This document shows, one piece after another, positions 10,461 to 20,510 of a stretch of DNA of 64,000 bases. A program made the translations under genes and the position numbers. The stretch is from NCBI GenBank assembly GCA_905214725.1, contig CAJMNH010000004.1, positions 143,441 through 207,440 on the forward strand, written 5' to 3'. This stretch comes from an uncultured bacterium. Its GTDB lineage: Bacteria > Bacteroidota > Bacteroidia > Bacteroidales > Rikenellaceae. Position 1 is the stretch's first letter. Each line of letters opens with the position of its first letter. Under the pieces are notes generated by a model. It was not told where the DNA came from. It did not search any database and saw nothing but the letters and a program-made list of their open reading frames with translations.

Positions 10461-10684
10461 TCCATCTTTCAGGCCAGCAAAATCCGGCGTGATCGGCAGC
10501 AGGATCCGTTCCGTATCCACAAACGCCGGAAAACGGAAAGAGCCGCTCGGCCGAATCGCCGCGAAAGAGCCGCCCGATGCGCATTATTTCACACAGCGAA
10601 CAGAATCTTTTGCACGCGAAGGGCAGAAACGCAAAATTTTTGTATATTTGGAAGAACAACCGTATCCGCTAATACGTCGCACCT

Positions 10685-12715
10685 ATGGAAAATACACACC
10701 GTCTGAAAATGGTCGAACGCGACGAGTGGCTCCGTCCCGTCGAACAGCAACTTCTGGCCCGCCACGAAGCCTATGAAAAACGACTCGGCGAGATATGCAG
10801 CGGGAGCGGTTCGCTCGTCGACTACGCCAACGGCTACCGTTATTTCGGCTGGCAGTACGATCCGACACTCGAAGGATGGTGGTTCCGCGAATGGCTGCCG
10901 GGCGCTTACGACGTCTATCTTTTCGGCGACTTCAATAACTGGCAGCGTACCGAACTGCGGCTCGACAAGGACGCCCAAGGGGTATGGAGCATTTTCCTGC
11001 CCGACGCCATGTACGGTCTGCGCCTCAAGCACGGATCGCTCTACAAAATCCACGTCCACGGCCGCAACGGCTGGCTCGACCGCATCCCCGCCTATGCCAC
11101 GCGGGTCGTACAGGACGAGCGGACGAAGAATTTCACGGCGCAGTTCTGGATTCCGCGCCCCTTCGACTGGTCGGACGACTCGTTCGACATCGCCCGCAAC
11201 AAGGAATTGCTCATTTACGAGGCTCACGTAGGCATGGCGCAGGAGCGGCCGGGAGTGGGGACTTACCGTGAATTCACCGACAACATCCTGCCAATCATCA
11301 AACGCGACGGTTACAACACCATTCAGCTGATGGCCATCGCCGAGCATCCCTACTACGGTTCATTCGGCTATCACGTATCGAGTCTCTTCGCGCCGTCGTC
11401 GCGCTTCGGTACGCCCGAAGAACTTAAAGAACTGATTCGTCGCGCGCACGGGCTGGGACTGGCGGTAGTGATGGACCTCGTCCACTCGCACTATGTCAAG
11501 AACCTCAACGAAGGAATCAACGAGCTGGACGGCACCGACCACCTCTACTCGCTCGCAGGCCCCGCCGGCGACCAACCCCACTGGGATTCGAAGCTATTCG
11601 ACTACGGCAAACCGCAGGTGGAACATTTCCTGTTGTCGAACATCAAATATTGGCTCGAAGAATTTCATTTCGACGGATTCCGCTTCGACGGCGTAACGTC
11701 GATGCTCTACCACCATCACGGCTACGTCACCTTCGACTGCCGCGACCGCTATTTCGACAAGGGCGTAAACGAAGGAGCCGTCACCTACCTCTCGCTGGCC
11801 AACCGACTCGTCCATGACCTGCGCCCTTCGGGCGTCACGATTGCCGAGGACGTAAGCGGTATGCCGGGCGTCTGCATCCCGCAGTCGGAAGGCGGCGTCG
11901 GTTTCGACTACCGGCTCGGAATGGCTATTCCCGATTTTTGGATCAAACTGCTCAAGGAGATTCCCGACGAGCAGTGGAACATCCACGAAATGTGGTCGGT
12001 GATGACCGGACGTCTGCCCGGCGTTAAGACCGTCGCCTATGCCGAGTCGCACGATCAAGCGCTCGTGGGCGACAAGACGATCGCCTTTCGACTGATGGAC
12101 AAGGAGATGTACGACCATATGGACCGCGCATCGGAGAACCTCACGATCGACCGCGGCATGGCGCTGCACAAAATGATCCGTCTGATGACCATTTCAACCG
12201 GCGGCGATGCCTATCTAAATTTTATGGGCAACGAATTCGGCCATCCCGAATGGATCGACTTTCCGCGCGAAGGCAACGGGTGGAGCTACGCCCACGCGCG
12301 ACGGCAGTGGTCGCTCTCGGAAAACGAATTGCTGCGCTACGCATGGCTGGGCGACTTCGACAAGGCGATGCTCCGGCTGGTCAAAAAATATCGTGTCCTG
12401 CGCGACGGCTATCCCTACAATTTGCAGATGGACGACCGGAACCAGACGACTGTCTTCTCGCACGGCCCGCTCGTCTTCGTCTTCAACTGGCATCCTTCGG
12501 CGTCGATCCCCGACTATGTCTGCCGCGTTCGGAAAGCAGGATGTTACGAACTGATCTTCTCGACCGACGAACGGCGTTTCGGCGGCACGGAGCGCGCCCG
12601 CCTCGGCGGCGAACATTTCTCTTCGCCCGTCGATAACGGCGACGGCACGACGGCGCCTGCAATCCGCATCTACAACACCTCGCGCACGGCGGCGGTATTT
12701 CTGCTTAAAGAGTAA
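10685..12715 (+). CDS. glgB: 1,4-alpha-glucan branching enzyme (GH13)
   Basis: 676 aa. GH13 conserved regions DLVHSH, GFRFDGVTSM, AEDVSG, YAESHDQ. Eukaryote-like branching-enzyme architecture common in Bacteroidales. Confidence 0.9.
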   Translation: MENTHRLKMVERDEWLRPVEQQLLARHEAYEKRLGEICSGSGSLVDYANGYRYFGWQYDPTLEGWWFREWLPGAYDVYLFGDFNNWQRTELRLDKDAQGVWSIFLPDAMYGLRLKHGSLYKIHVHGRNGWLDRIPAYATRVVQDERTKNFTAQFWIPRPFDWSDDSFDIARNKELLIYEAHVGMAQERPGVGTYREFTDNILPIIKRDGYNTIQLMAIAEHPYYGSFGYHVSSLFAPSSRFGTPEELKELIRRAHGLGLAVVMDLVHSHYVKNLNEGINELDGTDHLYSLAGPAGDQPHWDSKLFDYGKPQVEHFLLSNIKYWLEEFHFDGFRFDGVTSMLYHHHGYVTFDCRDRYFDKGVNEGAVTYLSLANRLVHDLRPSGVTIAEDVSGMPGVCIPQSEGGVGFDYRLGMAIPDFWIKLLKEIPDEQWNIHEMWSVMTGRLPGVKTVAYAESHDQALVGDKTIAFRLMDKEMYDHMDRASENLTIDRGMALHKMIRLMTISTGGDAYLNFMGNEFGHPEWIDFPREGNGWSYAHARRQWSLSENELLRYAWLGDFDKAMLRLVKKYRVLRDGYPYNLQMDDRNQTTVFSHGPLVFVFNWHPSASIPDYVCRVRKAGCYELIFSTDERRFGGTERARLGGEHFSSPVDNGDGTTAPAIRIYNTSRTAAVFLLKE

Positions 12716-12716
12716 A

Positions 12717-12757
12717 GTACAGTCGTGCGGAGCTTTAAAAGCTCCGCACGACTGTAC
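12717..12757. terminator. Hairpin between convergent glgB and the DUF5131 gene
   Basis: 17-bp perfect stem gtacagtcgtgcggagc / gctccgcacgactgtac starting 2 nt after the glgB stop. Confidence 0.6.
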
Positions 12758-12766
12758 GATCTGGTT

Positions 12767-13495
12767 TCAGGACTTTTGCACCTCGAAATCGAGTCCCGCC
12801 TTGCGGGCCTGCGAATGCTGGAATTGCCGCCGGACGCGGTATATCTTACCCTCCTTGCGAAACCGCGCTCCGGTCTGCCGGAATCGAAATTCGACGCCCG
12901 CTTCGACGCACTGCCGCCGCAGATCGAGCACCCAGTCGCAGTCGCAGACGCGCGCCTCATTACCCGACTCCCCGCCGCACCACACCGAATCGATCCGCCC
13001 CGTCGCAAGATAGCGGCTCAGATCGAGGCGTTCGAGCAGCGGCTCGCAGATCACCTCCCGCCACCGCAGCGGCAACGAGAGATAGATCGGCAACCGGTAA
13101 TCGGCGCGATCCTGCGTTTCGCAGGTGCAGCACAATACCACGTGCGGCCATCCGTCGCCCCAGTCCGCGGGCAGGCAGGCCGCCACACGGTCGATACGTT
13201 TGGTAATGATCAGAAACGTGCAGTCGCTCCGTTCGCGGATCATCGTCCAAGCCTCGTCGCGCCACGCGTCGGCCTCCTCGACGAAAAAATCGGAGGTGAA
13301 GCAGGTGTAGATCGTCTCGCCGGGAGGAATTTTGTAACGACCCGTGCGATCGCGCCGCACGGGCAGGTTGAAAGCCGCGGTTCTACGCACCTGTGAAGCG
13401 TCCTGCTCCCACTGCGCATCCTGACGGTAGACATAACAGTGACGGCATCCCTCGCTCAGTTTGCGGCATCCGTGCCACAGATTCCAGCCGGCCAT
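12767..13495 (-). CDS. DUF5131 (phage Gp37/Gp68-like) family protein
   Basis: 242 aa. N-terminal WHGCRKLSEGCRHCY Cys cluster and overall pattern match the Gp37Gp68 family as I recall it. Confidence 0.7.
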   Translation of the reverse strand: MAGWNLWHGCRKLSEGCRHCYVYRQDAQWEQDASQVRRTAAFNLPVRRDRTGRYKIPPGETIYTCFTSDFFVEEADAWRDEAWTMIRERSDCTFLIITKRIDRVAACLPADWGDGWPHVVLCCTCETQDRADYRLPIYLSLPLRWREVICEPLLERLDLSRYLATGRIDSVWCGGESGNEARVCDCDWVLDLRRQCVEAGVEFRFRQTGARFRKEGKIYRVRRQFQHSQARKAGLDFEVQKS

Positions 13496-13537
13496 GAGAA
13501 AATCGAAATTATACAGAGCACAAAACGCCCCGACTGA

Positions 13538-13987
13538 TCAGATGCGTACCTTGACGATCACTTTGCGGATCGTCCCCTCGCCCACCATCGGAGCGTGGGC
13601 GTCTTCGGGAAAAAGAAGCGTGAATTGTCCCTGCGTCACTTCATAATAGGTCTGGGGCGCATCGTCGAAAAACTGAATGTCCTTCTCCTTGTCGAACGCT
13701 CCGAGCGACTGGCGGACACGGTCGCGCTGACTCCAGCCGAAGGCTTCGCGCCGGCCCGTGACGAGCACTTGAATGTCGAGGTAACGGTCGTGAATTTCCA
13801 GCTTGGCATCGGCAGGCCGTTTCAGATCGACGTCCATCACATTGAGGAAGATATCGTCGCCGTCGATGGCATGCCGGCCGGCCGGCAGCGCTTTCAGATC
13901 GGTGGAGAGAAGATAGTCGAACGCCTTTTCGAGGCGGGGATTGAGGACGTAGTAACGCGCCCTGTTTTCGAGCGAATCCAGTATCAT
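13538..13987 (-). CDS. YhcH/YjgK/YiaL family protein (DUF386)
   Basis: 149 aa. MILDSLEN...YYVLNPRLEKAFDYL and FTLLFPEDAH patterns are typical of the family. Confidence 0.75.
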   Translation of the reverse strand: MILDSLENRARYYVLNPRLEKAFDYLLSTDLKALPAGRHAIDGDDIFLNVMDVDLKRPADAKLEIHDRYLDIQVLVTGRREAFGWSQRDRVRQSLGAFDKEKDIQFFDDAPQTYYEVTQGQFTLLFPEDAHAPMVGEGTIRKVIVKVRI

Positions 13988-15150
13988 TGTCGTTGGGAAT
14001 TGTATTTCAATCGAACGAAAACGGGATGATGATCCGAGAACTCGACTTGCGGCACCTCATAGGAGATCACCTCGAACGCATCGGAGACCAGTACATAGTC
14101 GATACGGAACGTATCGTAGAACCCTCTGTAAGTGTGCGAGAAACCTCGTCCCTTCTCACGGAAAGCGTCCTGCAACCCGCGCGACATGAGACGATAGGTA
14201 TAGGACAAGGGCGTATCGTTGAAATCGCCGCATACGATACGGGCGTGAGGCGTGGCCGCGATCAGTTGCGAAAGCGTGTCGACCTGATGCGAACGCGAAA
14301 TACTGTTGTAGCGGAACCGTGTAAGGATGCTGTATAGCTTTTCATGACGCGCCGTATCGGTCAGAAAACGGTAGTTCATCAGGTACTCCCCGTCAGCGGA
14401 TTTGATATGCGTCGAACGCAGATGGTTGCAGAAGACGCGCACCGTATCGCGGTCGAGCCTGAGATCGGCCCAGACGGCGGCCGTACGTGTGGTATCGACA
14501 TCGTTGATACAGTCGACGCAGCCCGAATCGAGGATGCGGAATTTCGAATAGACGGCCAGCGAGACGCCGTCCGTTCCCTCGCGGTCGCGCGAATAGACCG
14601 CCCTGCGATAACCCGGAGCGATCAGCGAATCGAAACGCATCGTCGCGCCCTTCGCCTGATCGGAAAACTCCTCTATACACAATATATCGGGATCGTAACG
14701 GTTCACGAAAGCCGCCAGAGAATCCACCGTACTCTTGCCGTCGTCGCCGTAAAACATGCGCACATTATAGGTCATCACTTTCAGCGCCGAACGGTCGTAC
14801 GTCGGTTCGCCGTAGTGGCGCAGCGTATCCATCTTGTAATAGAGAGAAATTTTCGGTACGCCGAAAAGCAGCAATACGAGCATCAGAGAGGCATACCCCC
14901 ACCGCCAGCGAATCACCCAGTAAAGGAAAAGGATGATTCCCGAAACATAGATAACCGGCGCGACAAGCCCCAGCACGGAGAAGATCCACGACGCATCGGG
15001 CGAAACATAGGGAGCCAGATACATGAACAACAACAGCAACGCCACCACGATCGTCACCACGGCGAACGCCATGTCGAGCAACCATACGAACAAACCGCGT
15101 CGCCGTTTTTCGGAACGGCCGCTGTCGGAATCATATACCCAACGCTCCAT
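13984..15150 (-). CDS. Endonuclease/exonuclease/phosphatase (EEP) family protein, membrane-anchored
   Basis: 388 aa. N-terminal TM helices, then the EEP pattern (MTYNV..., ILCIEE, CGDFNDTP, SDHHPV). Its stop overlaps the yhcH-like start (ATGA). Confidence 0.75.
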   Translation of the reverse strand: MERWVYDSDSGRSEKRRRGLFVWLLDMAFAVVTIVVALLLLFMYLAPYVSPDASWIFSVLGLVAPVIYVSGIILFLYWVIRWRWGYASLMLVLLLFGVPKISLYYKMDTLRHYGEPTYDRSALKVMTYNVRMFYGDDGKSTVDSLAAFVNRYDPDILCIEEFSDQAKGATMRFDSLIAPGYRRAVYSRDREGTDGVSLAVYSKFRILDSGCVDCINDVDTTRTAAVWADLRLDRDTVRVFCNHLRSTHIKSADGEYLMNYRFLTDTARHEKLYSILTRFRYNSISRSHQVDTLSQLIAATPHARIVCGDFNDTPLSYTYRLMSRGLQDAFREKGRGFSHTYRGFYDTFRIDYVLVSDAFEVISYEVPQVEFSDHHPVFVRLKYNSQRQ

Positions 15151-15153
15151 AGC

Positions 15154-15774
15154 TTAGAAACGGATGATTCCTTTCCGGCGCCAATAGTAGAGCAATCCCA
15201 ACCCCCACAGCATGCCGCCGATATGCGCGAAATGCGCCACGCCGGGATCGCGCCCCGTCCAACCCAACAACAATTCGATCGCCGCATAAATGATAACGAA
15301 CCACTTGGCTTTGAGCGGAATGGGCGGGATGAGCAACATGATGATCGAATTGGGCCACAGAACGCCGAAGGCGAGCAGCAGTCCCATTACGGCGCCCGAT
15401 GCGCCCAATAATTGAATACCGAATTCTCCCGTAAGCCCCGCAACGCCCATCTGGACCAGCGCGGCGCCGACGCCGCAGACCATGTAGTAGATCAGGAAGC
15501 GCTTCGAGCCGAGCGCGTACTCCAACGTACGGCCGAACATCCACAGCGCGAACATATTGAAAAACAGATGCTCCCAACTGGCGTGCAGAAACATATAGGT
15601 AATGAACTGGTACGAGTGATAGTAGGGACTCGTAAACCAGTAGAGCACGCCGTACTGCGCCATCAGATGGTTGATCGAAGGGATGAGATAGACCCCCAGA
15701 AAGGCGAGGCAGTTGATGATGATCAGGTTCTTCACCACCGGAGGTGTCGAAAAATAGCTGCTGTTCATTGTCAT
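15154..15774 (-). CDS. Rhomboid family intramembrane serine protease
   Basis: 206 aa. HASWEHLFFNM and GASGAV catalytic Ser motif plus AHIGG His motif. Confidence 0.85.
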   Translation of the reverse strand: MTMNSSYFSTPPVVKNLIIINCLAFLGVYLIPSINHLMAQYGVLYWFTSPYYHSYQFITYMFLHASWEHLFFNMFALWMFGRTLEYALGSKRFLIYYMVCGVGAALVQMGVAGLTGEFGIQLLGASGAVMGLLLAFGVLWPNSIIMLLIPPIPLKAKWFVIIYAAIELLLGWTGRDPGVAHFAHIGGMLWGLGLLYYWRRKGIIRF

Positions 15775-15867
15775 TCGTTTTTAACAGTCGTTTTCTATGC
15801 TCGGCATGGGCTGCAAGCGGCCTCTGCTCTCACCTATCGAAAACGTTTCTTTTCACTATATGTTTTA

Positions 15868-15878
15868 CAAAGGTAGCA
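15868..15878 (-). promoter_or_regulatory. -7 box TACCTTTG (proximal copy of an 11-bp direct repeat) upstream of the rhomboid operon
   Basis: caaaggtagca on the plus strand, 94 nt upstream of the ATG at 15774. Confidence 0.4.
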
Positions 15879-15950
15879 GCCGAGAGCAAAAGCAAGCGAA
15901 AAAACTCGTTATGCCGAAACGCCGTCTATCCAAGCAGTGTTTATCTTTCG

Positions 15951-15961
15951 CAAAGGTAGCA
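15951..15961 (-). promoter_or_regulatory. -7 box TACCTTTG (distal copy of an 11-bp direct repeat)
   Basis: Identical caaaggtagca, 83 bp from the proximal copy and just downstream of the mutL stop. Confidence 0.3.
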
Positions 15962-15985
15962 TTTTTCCTGCAAACAGACATATCC

Positions 15986-18052
15986 TTACCGAAGTTTCGC
16001 CCGCAACTCGTCGAGTGTGATCTCCGCCAGAATGGGTTTCCCCGTCGGAGCGAAGCAGCGGTCTCCCGCCTCCTGCAGTTGCGCGAGCAATCGCGCAGCC
16101 TCTTCCTGCGAGACGCAGCGGCCCATCGGCCGCGCGCCGCTGCGGGCAAGTTCGGCAGCGATTCGTTCGCGGCGCAAATCGGCAGCCGAAACATGCGCGA
16201 AAGTCTGCAACAATTGGTAGATCAGCTCGTCGATCGTATCCGAAGGCATATCGGCCGGCGTTCCTTTCACGTCGATCGCTCCGTCGCCCAACCGTTCAAT
16301 CTCGAATCCGACAGCGGCAAATTCGGCGGCATACTGCCCGAGCAACTCGTATTCGTCGTGTGAAAGCACCAGCCGTTCGGGAAAAAGCAGTTGTTCGCTC
16401 ACCGCCGAACCATTGGAGAGCATCAGCAGGTAATATTCATAGAGCAACCGCTCCTGCGCCCGTTTCAGATCGACCGCCACAAGTCCGCCGCCCAGCATCG
16501 CCACGGCATATCCCGGAGCCACGGGCGTTACGTTGCGGAACTCTGCCGCAGGTTCCGCCACGAGCCGCTGCTGCACGGCGGCATCCGATGAAGAGACGTA
16601 TTCCAGCATACTCTCCTCCGAATCATCCGCCGTCGCGATCGCACCTCCGCCCAATGACGACGGGATATCGGCCATCTCGGAAAATCCGGCGGCATCGTCC
16701 TGCATCTGGTCATGCGACGGAAACTCTTCATAACTTCCCTGCAAATCGGATACGATGTATTCGCTTCCCGGATCGAATGCAGGAACCGCGCCGGCATCCC
16801 GCCGAAGACGGGCAGCGCCTTTTCCGCCGCCGGCCCTTCCCGAAACCGGCCGACCGGACACAACCGGAATCTCCGTAAAATCTTCCGTAGGGAACGCATC
16901 GGCGCCATCGGTCGGCGATTCACCTCCCTCCGCGACATATCCTTCGGCGAACGGATTATAATGTTCGTTGGTCATTGCCGCCGGTTCCCCGTAAACGGCT
17001 CCCTGCCGCGCAACGGGTATCTCGATACGCCCCTCGGCCGTAAAATCCATCATCGGCACGGCACCGGTCTTGCCCAGCGTATTGCGCACGGCGGCGTGAA
17101 TGATCTCCCACACGGCCTCCTTGTCGTCGAACTTCACCTCGATCTTCTGGGGGTGGACATTGACGTCGATCCGCTCGGGATCGATCGTGAGAAAGAGGAA
17201 ATAGGAGGGGAAACAGGTATCGGGGATCAGTTTTTCATAAGCTTTCAGCACCGCTTTGCGCAAAAACGGATCGCTGAAATAACGTCCGTTGACGAAAAAG
17301 TACTGCTCGGCATTGCTTTTTTTCGCAGCCGCCGGCCGGCCGACGAACCCATCGACCCGAACGATCGAAGTGTCGGCCGATACTTCCAACAAATTGGGTT
17401 TGATATGACGGCCGACCACATCCACGATCCGCCCCGCCAGCGACGAGGGTTGCAGGTGATAAACGGGAGCATCGTTGTCGTACAATTCGAAAGCCACATC
17501 GGGATTGCACAATGCGACGCGCTGAAATTCGGCCTTGATCTGTTTTGCCGACGCGGTGCTTTTTTCCAGAAAACGCCGACGGGCCGGAACATTGTAAAAG
17601 AGATTGCGCACATAGAACTGCGACCCCACAGGGCAGAGAATCGGCTCCTGACTCTGGAATTTTCCGCCGTTGACAAACGTCTGCGTACCCACCTCGTCAC
17701 TCTCCTGACGCGTACGCAGTTCGACCTGCGCGACCGCTGCAATCGAGGCGAGCGCCTCGCCGCGAAACCCGAACGTATGGAGCGCATAAATATCTTCGAC
17801 CGAAGCGATCTTGCTCGTTGCGTGGCGATCGAACGCCATGCGGGCGTCGAGCGGAGACATGCCGCAACCATCGTCGACGACCTGAATCAACTCCCTGCCG
17901 CCGTCGCGGGCATTGACCGTTACGGTATGCGCGCCGGCGTCGATGGCGTTCTCCATCATCTCCTTCACTACCGACGACGGGCGGTTGACCACCTCGCCGG
18001 CAGCAATCTGATTGGCGACGACGTCGGGCAGCAGTTTGATTCGATCGGCCAT
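15986..18052 (-). CDS. mutL: DNA mismatch repair protein MutL
   Basis: 688 aa. N-terminal GHKL ATPase motifs (IAAGEVVNRPSSVVKEMMENAIDAG, DDGCGM, FGFRGEAL). Confidence 0.93.
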   Translation of the reverse strand: MADRIKLLPDVVANQIAAGEVVNRPSSVVKEMMENAIDAGAHTVTVNARDGGRELIQVVDDGCGMSPLDARMAFDRHATSKIASVEDIYALHTFGFRGEALASIAAVAQVELRTRQESDEVGTQTFVNGGKFQSQEPILCPVGSQFYVRNLFYNVPARRRFLEKSTASAKQIKAEFQRVALCNPDVAFELYDNDAPVYHLQPSSLAGRIVDVVGRHIKPNLLEVSADTSIVRVDGFVGRPAAAKKSNAEQYFFVNGRYFSDPFLRKAVLKAYEKLIPDTCFPSYFLFLTIDPERIDVNVHPQKIEVKFDDKEAVWEIIHAAVRNTLGKTGAVPMMDFTAEGRIEIPVARQGAVYGEPAAMTNEHYNPFAEGYVAEGGESPTDGADAFPTEDFTEIPVVSGRPVSGRAGGGKGAARLRRDAGAVPAFDPGSEYIVSDLQGSYEEFPSHDQMQDDAAGFSEMADIPSSLGGGAIATADDSEESMLEYVSSSDAAVQQRLVAEPAAEFRNVTPVAPGYAVAMLGGGLVAVDLKRAQERLLYEYYLLMLSNGSAVSEQLLFPERLVLSHDEYELLGQYAAEFAAVGFEIERLGDGAIDVKGTPADMPSDTIDELIYQLLQTFAHVSAADLRRERIAAELARSGARPMGRCVSQEEAARLLAQLQEAGDRCFAPTGKPILAEITLDELRAKLR

Positions 18053-18058
18053 ACTTCG

Positions 18059-18502
18059 TTACTCTCCCTGATAGTCGTTGGGTACCACCGTAATCGGCAT
18101 CTCCTGCCACTCCACGTCGCTGATACCCGACTGGTCGAGCTCGGAAGCAGGCGCACGCCGTTCCGCCGACGCCGGTACGGGGCCCCGCTCAGCCTGTTTG
18201 ATCATCGCCGTCACGCGGGGATAGACAACCATGAAAAAGAGCAGCAGTACGATCACGCCCGTAAGCAACAATCCGAAACGGCGTTTCGACCGCGCGCTGC
18301 GCTCCTCCTCGCGCCGCGCGGCACGCGCCGTGCGGGCCGTACGAACGTATTGCCCGGGTTCGTACTCCCGATCGGCGTCTTCGGGCCGCTCGCCGCGCAA
18401 TTCGGCGCGACGCTGCGCTCTGCGCTCCGCTTCGGGATCGTAGTAACGCGGGATATAGTTGAATTTATTGGCGTGCTTCTTAAAGGGCGTAAAACCTAAC
18501 AT
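18059..18502 (-). CDS. Hypothetical single-pass membrane protein (147 aa)
   Basis: The track ORF 18059-19060 overlaps dnaJ; only the part from the ATG at 18502 (MLGFTPFKKH...) is plausible. Basic N-terminal half, one TM helix FGLLLTGVIVLLLFFMVVY. Lies between dnaJ and mutL. Confidence 0.55.
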   Translation of the reverse strand: MLGFTPFKKHANKFNYIPRYYDPEAERRAQRRAELRGERPEDADREYEPGQYVRTARTARAARREEERSARSKRRFGLLLTGVIVLLLFFMVVYPRVTAMIKQAERGPVPASAERRAPASELDQSGISDVEWQEMPITVVPNDYQGE

Positions 18503-18534
18503 GGTACCTTGTGTTTTCCGCGAAGATACGAATT

Positions 18535-19713
18535 TTACTGGAAGAAATTCTTCATTCGCTCGAAGATATTCTGGTTTTTGACCGATTCCGCCTTTGCGAA
18601 CGACGGCTGCTGCGAAAGCTGCTCGACCAGACGCTTCTCTTCGGCGGAGAGTTTCGCCGGAACGGTAATGTCCACCACCGCCAGCAGGTCGCCCGTGCCA
18701 TACCCGTTCACGTCGGGAAGGCCCTTCCCGCGCAAACGCAGCACCTTGCCGGCGTGCGTACCGGGATCGATCTTGATCTTCACACGGCCGTCGACCGTCG
18801 GAATTTCGACCGACCCGCCCAGCAGCGCCATCGGAACGGTAATGTTCAGATTGTGAATCAGATCGTTGCCGTCGCGCACCAGTTCGGGATTGCGCTCCTC
18901 GTCGATCACGACCAGCAGATCGCCGTTCACGCCGCCCTGACGCGCGGCATTGCCCTTGCCGGCGACGGTCAATACCATTCCCTCGCCTACTCCGGCCGGA
19001 ATGCGTATCTCGACGACCTCCTCGCCGCGCACGACGCCTTCGCCGCCGCACTTGTCGCACTTGGAGGTAATGACCTTGCCCGTACCGCCGCAGGTCGGAC
19101 AGACGCTCTGGGTCTGCATCCGCCCGAAGAAGGTGTTCTCCACGCGCGTCACATACCCCGATCCGTTACAGGTCGGACAGGTCGAATAGGCATTGGGATC
19201 CTTGGCCCCCGTACCCCCGCACTTGTCGCAGGCGATGAGTTTCGATATTTTGAGTTTCTTGGTCGCGCCCTTGGCGATCTCGGCCAACGTCAGTTTCACG
19301 CGCACGCGCAGATCGGAACCTTTGTTGATCCGCTGACCGCGCTGCGTGCGGCCGCCGCCCGAAAAGCCCGAAAAGCCGCCGCCGAAATGACCGCCGAAGA
19401 TATCCCCGAACTGCGAGAAGATATCCTCCATCGAAAAGCCGCCTCCCGAAAAGCCGCCGAAGCCGCCTGCCCCGCCGGCAGCACCGTTCATCCCCGCATG
19501 TCCGAACTGGTCGTACCGTGCGCGCTTGTCGGGATTCGACAGCACGTCGTATGCCTCGGCGGCCTCCTTGAATTTCTCCTCGGCCTCCTTATCCCCCGGA
19601 TTCTTATCGGGATGGTATTTGATGGCCGCCTTGCGGTAGGCCTTTTTTATCTCATCGGCGTTGGCGGTCTTCTCGACGCCCAACACCTCGTAATAATCGC
19701 GTTTTTCTGCCAT
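18535..19713 (-). CDS. dnaJ: Molecular chaperone DnaJ
   Basis: J-domain [12 protein letters not shown]-rich linker, four CxxCxGxG zinc-finger repeats. Confidence 0.95.
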   Translation of the reverse strand: MAEKRDYYEVLGVEKTANADEIKKAYRKAAIKYHPDKNPGDKEAEEKFKEAAEAYDVLSNPDKRARYDQFGHAGMNGAAGGAGGFGGFSGGGFSMEDIFSQFGDIFGGHFGGGFSGFSGGGRTQRGQRINKGSDLRVRVKLTLAEIAKGATKKLKISKLIACDKCGGTGAKDPNAYSTCPTCNGSGYVTRVENTFFGRMQTQSVCPTCGGTGKVITSKCDKCGGEGVVRGEEVVEIRIPAGVGEGMVLTVAGKGNAARQGGVNGDLLVVIDEERNPELVRDGNDLIHNLNITVPMALLGGSVEIPTVDGRVKIKIDPGTHAGKVLRLRGKGLPDVNGYGTGDLLAVVDITVPAKLSAEEKRLVEQLSQQPSFAKAESVKNQNIFERMKNFFQ

Positions 19714-19772
19714 AATCTTCGGATTCTCTCCCGATTCTGTTCTTCATTTATTCAGCCGACGAATAGACTCTC

Positions 19773-20450
19773 CTATTCGCCTACGACGACCTTCGCAAAC
19801 CGAAGCACCTTGTCACGCAGTTGATAACCCTTCTGCACCACGTCGATAATCTTACCGCGCTGCTCGTCTCCGGCCTGAAATCGGGCCACCGCCTCATGAT
19901 GGTCGGTGTTCAGTTCGAGTCCTTTGGCTTCGATTTCGCTCACGCCGCACGAGCGGAGCACTTCGTGAAACTTTTGCGCAATCAACTCGACCCCTTCGCG
20001 CAACGCTTCGATATCGTCGCTTTTGGCCATCGCCTCCACCGCACGATCCATATCGTCGGCCACCGGCAGCATCGCTTTCAGCACATCCGCTCCGCCCCGT
20101 TCGACAAGCTCCATCTTCTCGCGCAGGGTGCGTTTGCGATAGTTGTCGAATTCGGCCTGCAACCGTAAAAACTTATCTCTCCATTCGGCGATCTGCGTTT
20201 CCAGTTCAGGCGCCAATTGCTCGCAGACACCCGCTTCGACGCCCGATTCGTCGCCGGCCATCCCCGAGACGGCATCGTTCGTCGCCCGCTCGTCGCCGGT
20301 CGGAGTCGCGTCTGTCATTGTGTCAGTACTTACGCCGTTGTCGCCTGACACATTGGCGCACGGTTCGCCGTCGCACGAAGGGTAACCCTCGCCGTGAGCA
20401 AAGCCCTCGTCGCCGCTAATCGCCTCATTGTAAACTTCTTCCTTTTTCAT
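19773..20450 (-). CDS. grpE: Nucleotide exchange factor GrpE
   Basis: 225 aa. Acidic N-terminal extension, then the GrpE core (RLQAEFDNYRKR ... VVQKGY). Immediately upstream of dnaJ. Confidence 0.9.
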   Translation of the reverse strand: MKKEEVYNEAISGDEGFAHGEGYPSCDGEPCANVSGDNGVSTDTMTDATPTGDERATNDAVSGMAGDESGVEAGVCEQLAPELETQIAEWRDKFLRLQAEFDNYRKRTLREKMELVERGGADVLKAMLPVADDMDRAVEAMAKSDDIEALREGVELIAQKFHEVLRSCGVSEIEAKGLELNTDHHEAVARFQAGDEQRGKIIDVVQKGYQLRDKVLRFAKVVVGE

Positions 20451-20510
20451 ATCTCAATTCTTTTACGTTTCAGTTCCCTGCAAATGCGCAAATTGTATAC
20501 CAAGCGCCGG

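Noticed and set aside
12767-13495. The DUF5131/Gp37-Gp68 gene as evidence of a prophage
   Set aside because: It is a single gene embedded in a housekeeping operon. No integrase, capsid, tail, terminase or att-like repeats are nearby.
18503-19060. N-terminal extension of track ORF 18059-19060
   Set aside because: It overlaps dnaJ out of frame and is an Arg-rich repeat-like sequence. Only the distal 147 aa look like a protein.
14344-19824. Plus-strand ORFs 14344-15411, 16712-18499 and 18511-19824, antisense to EEP/rhomboid, mutL and dnaJ
   Set aside because: Same antisense artefact. The minus-strand genes have unambiguous family motifs.
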